A stretch of DNA of 64,000 bases. Origin: Eledone cirrhosa (lineage: Eukaryota). Position 1 is the first letter of the stretch, and every line of letters starts with the position of its first letter. The position numbers were made by a program, and so were the translations under genes. Below the pieces are notes generated by a model. It was not told the DNA's origin, ran no database searches, and was given only the letters and a program-made list of their open reading frames with translations. Below are positions 54,936-64,000 of the stretch, piece by piece. The stretch is taken from contig OZ024744.1 of the NCBI GenBank assembly GCA_964016885.1, positions 126,542,001-126,606,000 on the forward strand. The letters are read 5' to 3'.

Positions 54936-55422
54936 ATAAACAACTATTTTATGGAGAGTTAGTTAAAGGAAAACGACCTCCACATAAACCAAAAAAGAGG
55001 TATAAGGATTCCTTGAAAGCCTCTTTGAAAGACGCTAACATCTCTGCTGATACATGGGAAAATGTTGCTGCTGATCGTAATGTGGGATGTGAGGAAGGGC
55101 ATCACCGTTGCATTTGCAGCGTCTGTGCGAGATTTTGCCTCAGCAAAGCTGGACTCGAAAGTCATCTTCGCAGTCACAAAGTAAGACCAGTGGTTGACTA
55201 CCAGGCTGCTGTTGGAGATGCTACTCATCATGCCTGACAAGCATGTGGTAGAGAATGTAACTCAGCAGGAAGGCTCAAACGACATGCAAAAGTACATCAA
55301 CTCCAGCCACAGCCGGCTATTCCCTGTGAATGTTTTGGTTGCCAACACTGTGCAAGACATTTTAGATCATTGGCTGGGCTAAAAAGCCACATTCGATCCC
55401 AGCGCTGTTAGTTGTTAGTTGC
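54936..55422 (+). mobile_element. 3' fragment of an RTE-clade LINE ending in three C2H2 fingers and a GTTAGTT-type tail
   Basis: KQLFYGELVKGKRPPHKPKKRYKDSLK...TWE.VAADR motif, then CSVC..HLRSH, [*]QAC..HAKVH, CQHC..HIRSQ. Confidence 0.75.
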
Positions 55423-55455
55423 TATCATGTGTGTGTGTGTAGATATGTTTGTGTC

Positions 55456-55490
<35 letters not shown>

Positions 55491-55564
55491 TTCGTTTCTG
55501 AATTTGTTTAGCAAGATTCTTTATCTTATTGTTTCTTATTGGCAACATGACCCTCCCAAAGTAT

Positions 55565-55612
<48 letters not shown>

Positions 55613-56940
55613 GTATGTATATTATTATTGTTGTTGTCGTCATTATTATTATTATTGTTTTTTTTTTCTCGTGCAATGGCCATACTCGATAACGAGGGGG
55701 CAGCCATCATATATGGGTATGTGTGAGTGTGTATGTGTGTTTGCACGTATGTATGGTGTGTATATATGTACATAGGGTTTTGGTATATGTACGTTTGGTG
55801 AACATGTGTATTTACCTGTAGGTATGTGTGAGTGTGCATTCTATACGCATTTATGCGCGTATATTTATATATGTATACACTCACACACACATATTTATAT
55901 GTGTATTTGGTGTATACGTTCATATGTGTGTGGGTATGTGTCACGCCGGTTTACGTATGTGTCTGCGTGTTTATGTGTACGTGCATGTATATGCATGCAT
56001 GCCGTGTGTTTTCGCATATGCACGTGTATAAATGTGTGTATGTATATATTTAAGATTCATGATTTTAATAACCTCTGTCATTTTCGTTCTAATTTATTTA
56101 CATTATTCTGAACTCCGAAGCCGAGAATCATTCAGTTTCCTAAATAATATATTAGTCTACGCCTCCATTTATACCTTAAACGTGGTTTTGTCTTTGCGTG
56201 TAATTGTTCTCACCGCTCCACATAACGAGGTATGATCTTCGCTTCTTTCCGTTCATTGCCAGAGAACATCTTCACGAACCAAAGTATCGTCTTCCTGTTT
56301 TACTTCGGTTGCAGCATTTTTCAAAATATTTACTTCTACGTTCACAGATTGATTTTTTTCAGTTTCAGATCCCGTTAAGGGTGAAAGCAGCAATTATTTA
56401 TGTATGTCGGGTGGGGATTGGAGAAGTAGGTCAGAGGGGTTACTTCGCTGGTAAGGGGGCGGGGTGTTAAGAAGTGGGGAGGAGGAAAATTGGGGCATAC
56501 TTCAAACCACTAAATGTTGCTTCATCCCGTGCACATGGGAATGCAGGTCTCATGCAGTACTGTATAACGCCAGAGATTTCAATCCTGTGTCATCACCTTT
56601 GTGAGGTACAAGGGTGTCAGGTCAGTTTTTACCTCCTCATCCCAAGCATTCATAGGTCTTCTTCTTCCATCAATTTCAAGCAGTCAACCTTTTATACAGC
56701 ATCTCTACCTTCATACACATCACATGTCCATAACACAGCAATCTACACTCCTGCATACTGTATCTTATCCCTCTCATGCCCAGGTTTTCTCTCAGATTAT
56801 TTACACTTTGCTCTTCCTGTATATTAATATTACACATCCATTGGAGAATTCAAGCTTCATTTCTATCCAATCTTCGGAGGTCCTCTGCACACACCAACCA
56901 GATCTCACTGCAATGCAGCATTGCTGTTCATATTTTCATC

Positions 56941-57832
56941 CATTACCTGGGTGACAAAATCAGCAGTGGGGGAGGGTGCTCTGAAAGTACAGTAGCTAGA
57001 GTCAGAACTGGGTGGAAAAAGTTCAGAGAGCTTATACCACTATTAGCCGATAAAGGGTTCTCCCTAAAAATGAAAGGCAGGTTGTACGATGCCTGCATAC
57101 GAACAGCAATGTTGCATGGCAGTGAGACCTGGGCATTGTGTGCAGAGGATATACGCAGACTAGAGAGAAACGAAGCTTGCATGCTCCGCTGGATGTGTAA
57201 TAGTAATATACGTGAACGACAAAGCATAAACGAACTAAGGAAAAATTAGAAATAAGAGGGATCAGATGTTGTTTACTCGAGAGAAGGCTACGTTGGTATG
57301 GTCACGTGATGCGCATGAAGGACGATAGCTGTATAACAAAGTGCAGGGCAATAAAGATAGACGGTAGCCACGGAATAGGCAGACCCAGAAAAACCTGGGA
57401 TGAGCTGATAAACTCCGACCTCACACACTTACACCTCACCAAGACAATGTCACTGGACCGAGACCTTTGGCGGTACTCAGTAATAGAGAAGACCCGCCTT
57501 ACCTAAATACAAAGTAAAACCGACTACAGTCAGTAGGCATCTCTAACAAAATACACCCCCGTCCTACCACCCCACCCCCTTCTATGTAAAGTTATGTTGG
57601 TGCCACAACATCCAGGCCGAAACAAATGAGATCGTGTAGGTGTCACGACAAAAAAACACACAGTCCACGCTGTAATGTGGTTGGTGTTAGGAATGGCATC
57701 CAACTGTAGAAAACCTGCCAGACAGTCTTATGCGAGCAAGACAACCACTCTTGCCTCAAGTGGGAAAACCCCCGTCCAAACCCATGCAAGCGTGGAACAC
57801 GGACGTTAAGCGTTGATGATGATGATGATGAT
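56941..57832 (+). mobile_element. Young 5'-truncated RTE inserted antisense into an older RTE fragment
   Basis: YLGDKISSGGGCSE...IEKTRLT*, near-identical to 2229-3060; host sequence ttcatat|gca resumes after the (GAT)n tail. Confidence 0.9.
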
Positions 57833-58212
57833 GCAAATATCAAATTGGTGAAACAACCTTTTGTAGCTAGCACCAGCAGTAGTAGCACCATAAACCTCTG
57901 CCATCTTGTTCTTACTCTTGTTTCTGTACTTTCAGAACACCTACATCCACTGCTAATTTGGTCACCCTGGTAACAGAAACGGTCAACAGCTATAAATGTG
58001 TGACCATTGGTTTCCGAGTCCACTTATGGCCACCACTGTTTATTGGGGAGAGGCACTTCCAAACAGACCCTTCATTGGGCATGTTGACAAATATATTAAA
58101 AGGAAGTTCTTTCCTCCAACAATTTTCACCCCAAACAGACGAGAGTTTCCTATTGTCAAAAAGGGAGGTAAATCTTTATTGGTGGAATTGTCAGTCTTAA
58201 TTATATATGTAA

Positions 58213-59624
58213 CTAGCAGAGGTACCTGGCGTATCTCAGGCATTAAATAGCTGTCATGTGTAGTATTCATGTCAATAACTCAGTGCTGCTTCGAAAACTA
58301 TACTTGTACACAATCGTCTTTTTCCAAAAGGGGGTTCCAGCCCCCAGGGTCCCCTACTCAATATGTCCCAATTCATCTGTAAAACGTACGTAGCCCATGT
58401 GTCAAGTTTGGTAAAAATCGGTTGCGAACTCCAGAAGTTATGACGTTTTGTTGCAATGCACTGCAGTGCTTCAGGCGACACCAAGGAAGTGGTTAAAGGG
58501 GGTTATCTGCCCCTGGGGGGCCCTATAATCAATATCTGGAAAAATGAAAGTGCCCATGACCATCCGAAATACATAAGTAACCTATGTCTTAAATACAACA
58601 GTGCTTGTAGATTTCTAACACTCTTGCAGTAGCTTTACATTCAGCATCTTGCGATCGTCTAATTGCAGCCTTCACTGATGATTCCTTTGCTTTCCTTCTT
58701 TTCCCTCTCTCAGCTTTTGCTGTTTTTCGACCAATGGTGGATCTCTTCCTTGGAGGCCTTATCTAAGGAAAGAGGACATAACACACTAAGATGAGTAAAA
58801 TGTTAACCAACAATTATTTAAGTTTTGCACATGTGACGTGATTGTCACGGTGATCCAGTACAGCCTTCGTCCACCTAGGGGCCACATTAGACACAAATGA
58901 AAAATTTTATGAGTCCACAACACTTCTGGGAACATAACCCTTTTTTGTTCCAAATTTGAAGAGAATCGGTTGCAAACTGTAGAAGTAACGTAGGTACGGA
59001 CATACACACACACATCCTCAGTTTTATATGTATATATATAGAGATGCATGTTTGTGTGTGTGTATGTGGACATTGTAACTTCCCCAGACACACAACACAA
59101 CACACACAGTCACAGTACGTCTTGTGTGAAAGAGAGAGAAAGAGACGTAAGGTTGAGGAAGGGGGAGAGTTAAACAGTGTGTAAATAATAAATAAAAGTA
59201 AAAGTTGTTGAACGCTATCATTTTCTCCCCTCCCCAATCCCCTACACTCTCTTTCTCTACAGAATGGAGAACAATCAACAATGCACATTGTCGTCTACTT
59301 TGGTTGAAATTTCTATATGTATATTTCTAGTAAGTTGTTGCCTCGTTTTGGAGGACTGAGTTGTGGGAGGAGGAAGGGGAGTAGTGGAAGAGAGGGTTTA
59401 ACATACAGTAGTAGTATCTCCTCTTCCCCCTCTCTCACTGAAACATCTCTTTCCTCCTCCATTGTAAAGATGTCCACAGGGGTTCCATTTATTGAAATAT
59501 AATTAGCCAGTCGTTTCTGAATATTAGCTTAACATGTGTGTAAAGTTTCATCAGGATCTGATCACTGGTGTAGGTACCAACTGGTTATACACAGACAGAC
59601 AGAAATTGCCATTTATATAGTAGA
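58213..59624 (-). mobile_element. Paralogous non-autonomous Helitron (unit 4)
   Basis: Reverse complement of 14001-15435 with the same TC...CTAG ends between A and T. Confidence 0.85.
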
Positions 59625-60876
59625 TTATACACACATAGAAGTGGTTGATTGCTTTTACAATCTAGTTGACTTAATTATCAGTAGAGGGGGCTGCTCTGAA
59701 AGATGAATAGCTAGAATAAGGATAGTATGGAAAAAGTTTACAGAGCTACTGCAACAGTTGACCACAAAAGGTTTCTCTCTCTGTACAAAAGGACAACTGT
59801 ATGACACATGTGGGTGATGTGCAATGATGCATGGTAACTAAACAAGGGCTGTGACTGCAGAGGATATGTAGACTGGAGAGAAATGCAACAACCATGCTTT
59901 GTAGGATATGTTATGGAAGTGTGAGAGAAAGGCAGAGCTTGGACGAGTACAAGAAGAAGCTGGGTTTAAGAGTGATCTGAAGTGGTGTGTAAGAGAGAAG
60001 ACTGTGTTTGTACAGACATGTGATGAACATGGATAATGACCACTGGGTGATGAAGTGCCAGGAAATCCCAGTAGAAGGAAACCATAGTAGAGGTAGACCA
60101 ATAAAGACCTGGAGAGAGGCTGTGTGAACTGACTGCAAAGAACTGACTCTCACAGAGGAGATGACAAAGGAACACGTCAAGTGGAAAGATGCCATGTTGA
60201 GAAGGACCTGTCCAACCAAGCAAGCATAGAAAAACCGACATAAAAACAGTGATGATGTTGATGAAGATGACGTACATATACACACATACATATACAAATA
60301 AATCAAACACAGATATGCACATACGTATATACAAACATAGATACAACATATACATGGACACAAATTTCTACACACATACATTCACATATATATAACGTGT
60401 GTAAATTCTGAAAAATACAGTTTTGTCGGCAAAACTATTGGTTACAACTTCTACAAATAAAATGAAAGAAGAATTTCTTAGTAAAACAGTTTTATTCAAA
60501 ATATTAACAACATTGGTGGCACTATTTTGGGTGAGTGACATGGTTTTCATCTTGTCTAATTGTGTTACATTAAGTAATCTTTAGAAGAGAACGATTTACC
60601 ACAGACATCACAGTGATATGGTTCCTCTCCTGTAGATGTTAGTGTCTAGTGAAGTCACAGAATTTAGAGAAGCATTTACCACAGACATCACAGTGATATG
60701 GTTCCTCTCCTGTAGATGTTAGTGTCTAATGAAGTCACAGAATTTAGAGAAGCATTTACCACAGACATCACAGTGATATGGTTCCTCTCCTGTAGATGTT
60801 AGTGTCTAATGAAGTCACAGAATTTAGAGAAGCATTTACCAGACATCATAGTGATATGGTTCCTCTCCTGTAGATG

Positions 60877-62622
60877 TTAGTGTGTAGTGAAGCCACAACA
60901 TTTAGAGAATGATTTACCACAGATATCATAGTGATATGGCTTGTCTCCTGTATGGGTACGTTTGTGGCTAGTTAAGGTACCACTTAGAGAGAATGATTTA
61001 CCACAGATATCACAGTGATATGGCTTGTCTCCTGTATGTGTACGTTTATGTGTAGTTAAGTTACTACTTAGAGAGAATGATTTACCACAGATATCACAGT
61101 GATATGGCTTGTCTCCTGTATGGGTACGTTTGTGGCTAGTTAAGGTACCACTTAGAGAGAATGATTTACCACAGATATCACAGTGATATGGCTTGTCTCC
61201 TGTATGGGTACGTTTATGTGTAGTTAAGTGACTACTATCAGAGTATGATTTACCACAGATATCACAGTGATATGGCTTGTCTCCTGTATGTATAAGTTTG
61301 TGTCTAGTTAAGTGACTACTATTAGAGTATGATTTACCACAGATATCACAGTGATATGGCTTGTCTCCCGTATGTGTGCGTTTGTGTCTAGTTAAGGTAC
61401 TACTATCAGAGTATGATTTACCACAGATGTCACAGTGATATGGCTTGTCTCCCGTATGTGTACGTTTGTGTCTAGTTAAGTTACTACTTAGAGAGAATGA
61501 TTTACCACAAATATCGCAGTGATATGGTTTCTCACCCGTATGGGTATGTATGTGAGAAGTTAAGGCACTACTATCAGAGAATGATTTACCACAGACATCA
61601 CAGCGATATTGCTTCTCTCCTGTATGGGTACGTTTGTGGCTAGATAAGGTACCACTTAGAGAGAATGATTTACCACAGATATCACAGTGATATGGCTTCT
61701 CTCCTGTATGGGTACGTTTGTGGCTAGTTAAGGTACCACTTAGAGAGAATGATTTACCACAGATATCACAGTGATATGGCTTGTCTCCTGTATGTGTACG
61801 TTTATGTGTAGTTAAGTTACTACTTACAGAGAATGATTTACCACAGATATCACAGTGATATGGCTTGTCTCCCGTATGTGTACGTTTGTGGCTAGTGAAG
61901 GTACTACTTTGAGAGAATGATATACCACAGATATCACAGTGATATGGCTTGTCTCCTGTATGTGTATGTTTGTGTCTAGTTAAGTGACTACGTTGAGAGA
62001 ATGATTTACCACAGATATCACAGTGATATGGTTTCTCTCCTGTATGTGTGCATTTGTGCCTAGTTAAGGTACTACTATCAGAGTATGATTTACCACAGAT
62101 ATCACAGTGATATGGCTTGTCTCCCTTATGTGTGTGTTTGTGTCTAGTTAAGGTACTACTTACAGAGAAAGATTTACCACAGATATCGCAGTGATATGGC
62201 TTGTCTCCTGTATGGGTACGTTTGTGTCTAGTTAAGTGACTACTATCAGAGTATGATTTACCACAGATATCACAGTGATATGGCTTGTCTCCTGTATGTA
62301 TATGTTTGTGTCTAGTTAAGTGACTACTAACAGAGAATGATTTACCACAGATATCACAGTGATATGGCTTGTCTCCTGTATGTATACGTTTGTGTCTAGT
62401 TAAGTGACTACCATCAGAGTATGATATACCACAGATATCACAGTGATATGGCTTGTCTCCCGTATGTGTGCGTTTGTGTCTAGTTAAGTTACTACTTAGA
62501 GAGAATGATTTACCACAGATATCACAGTGATATGGCTTGTCTCCCGTATGTGTACGTTTATGTGTAGTTAGGCTACTACTTTGAGAGAATGATTTACCAC
62601 AGATATCACAGTGATATGGCAT
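60877..62622 (-). CDS. Tandem C2H2 zinc-finger protein, copy 4 (20 fingers, then reads into a degenerate finger)
   Basis: 581-aa ORF with a linker-derived ATG, ending [19 protein letters not shown]. Confidence 0.9.
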   Translation of the reverse strand: MPYHCDICGKSFSQSSSLTTHKRTHTGDKPYHCDICGKSFSLSSNLTRHKRTHTGDKPYHCDICGISYSDGSHLTRHKRIHTGDKPYHCDICGKSFSVSSHLTRHKHIHTGDKPYHCDICGKSYSDSSHLTRHKRTHTGDKPYHCDICGKSFSVSSTLTRHKHTHKGDKPYHCDICGKSYSDSSTLTRHKCTHTGEKPYHCDICGKSFSQRSHLTRHKHTHTGDKPYHCDICGISFSQSSTFTSHKRTHTGDKPYHCDICGKSFSVSSNLTTHKRTHTGDKPYHCDICGKSFSLSGTLTSHKRTHTGEKPYHCDICGKSFSLSGTLSSHKRTHTGEKQYRCDVCGKSFSDSSALTSHIHTHTGEKPYHCDICGKSFSLSSNLTRHKRTHTGDKPYHCDICGKSYSDSSTLTRHKRTHTGDKPYHCDICGKSYSNSSHLTRHKLIHTGDKPYHCDICGKSYSDSSHLTTHKRTHTGDKPYHCDICGKSFSLSGTLTSHKRTHTGDKPYHCDICGKSFSLSSNLTTHKRTHTGDKPYHCDICGKSFSLSGTLTSHKRTHTGDKPYHYDICGKSFSKCCGFTTH

Positions 62623-64000
62623 GCCTCCTGTATGGGTAGGTTTGTGATCAGTTAAGCGACTGCTGAGAGAGAATGATTTACCACAGATATCACAGTGATA
62701 TGGCTTATGTCCTGTATGGGTACGTATGTGAGAAGTGAAGTCACTACTTCGAGAGAATTATTTACCACGGATATCACAATATGGCTTATCTCCTGTATGT
62801 ATAACTTTGTGAGTAGTTAAGGTACTAAGTTTATTAAATGATTTACCAGATATCACAGTGATATGGCTTCTCTTCTCTAACCTTCGTCATCTCACCAGGA
62901 ATACTAAACACTTTAGATTGTGTTACACATTTAATCTTCTTTGTCAAATATTTTCCATAATTATTCCTTCTTCAACAGAATATACAGATGTTTTCCTTGT
63001 AATTTTTTTAATATTATATTTCTTATAAAAAATATATCTTCTATATTTCCCTCAACTATATTTCAGTTAATATCTGAAGATAATACAAACTTCTTTTTCA
63101 TCCAAGTTTAGTTAAAATACAAAATCATCTGATAGTGAAGAAAATAAACTCAGTTTTGAGGAAATATTTCACAGTAATATGACGAGAGATTTATATAAAC
63201 AGTGTTATATAAGTTCTGCTTAGAATGTTTTAGTTTTAAAATGATGATAAATAGAGGTGATGTATCCAAGATTGAAAAAAATAATTTATCCCAATGTCAT
63301 CTGGTATTCTGAAATAAGAAAGAAACAGTATGAGATAATACAGAATACTTTAGAAGCAGAGATAGATTTAACAGTGGAAATTTTATATTTCTATATTGGT
63401 AAATTGTAGACTACCTTGAGTAGAAGATTATGGAAGTTAAAGGACCCCATAGCCAGTGACAAATTTAAAAGCCTATTACTTGATGCCTTTGACAATAAGG
63501 AAGATCAATTAGAGACATGCAATATAGAGGAACAGTGGCAATCCTCGAAAGTGAACCTGCTGAAAGCAAGAGTCAGTAGGCACCTCTAACAAAATACACC
63601 CCCACCCCATCCACACCACCCCCTTAAATGTGAAGTTATGTCGGTACCACAACATCCAGTCCGAAACAAATGAGGTCGTGTAGGTGTCACGACAAAAAAA
63701 AAAAACACACAGTCCACGCTGTAATGTGGCCGTGTAGATAACACGGTAAAAACCTCCCAGTCCACACTGTAAATGTGGTTGGTGTTAGGAAGGGCATCCA
63801 GCCGTAGAAAACCCACCAGACAGTCCTATATGAGCAAGACAACCATTCTTGCCTCAAGTGGGAAAACTCCCGTCCAAACCCATGCTAGCGTGGAAGATGG
63901 ACGTTAAACGATGATGATGATGATGATGTATATATACACTGTGTACAGTATATATAATACCCTATATATGTTGTCCAAGAGAAAGGCTATGGCCGATACA

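Larger units (their letters stand above)
27630..64000 (-). repeat. Head-to-tail segmental duplications (ZNF units 2-4), inverted relative to 1-20580
   Basis: The same block order (promoter, exon 2, MITE, SINE, RTE, minisatellite, ZNF, RTE) recurs as the reverse complement. Confidence 0.92.

Overview
AT-rich eukaryotic DNA. The fingers follow the pattern TG(D/E)[13 protein letters not shown] and sit among RTE LINEs, tRNA-derived SINEs and (TA)n/(CAT)n tracts, which suggests a coleoid cephalopod such as Octopus (inference). The window is a cluster of C2H2 zinc-finger genes built by segmental duplication of a ~12-18 kb unit. Each unit runs: CpG-rich putative promoter/exon 1, a non-coding exon 2, a TE-filled intron, one large finger exon, and a 3' flank. 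One unit is on + (17 fingers) and is followed by a truncated unit. Three head-to-tail units are on - (19, 20 and 20 fingers) and end in an orphan promoter. The two arms converge on a unique ~7 kb spacer (20.6-27.6 kb). The spacer hides a three-exon death-domain gene remnant that the ORF track misses. Other highlights: a ~620 bp palindromic element with a histone-type 3' stem-loop in each arm; a Helitron with matching filled and empty sites; a LINE/SINE pair sharing a 3' tail, with a ~90 bp target duplication; an RTE LINE with an internal PHD-type finger; another with three C-terminal C2H2 fingers; a 49-bp minisatellite with a 292-bp higher-order period; and finger shuffling and mosaicism between paralogs. 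Boundaries were read by eye and exon models are inferred from splice motifs only.
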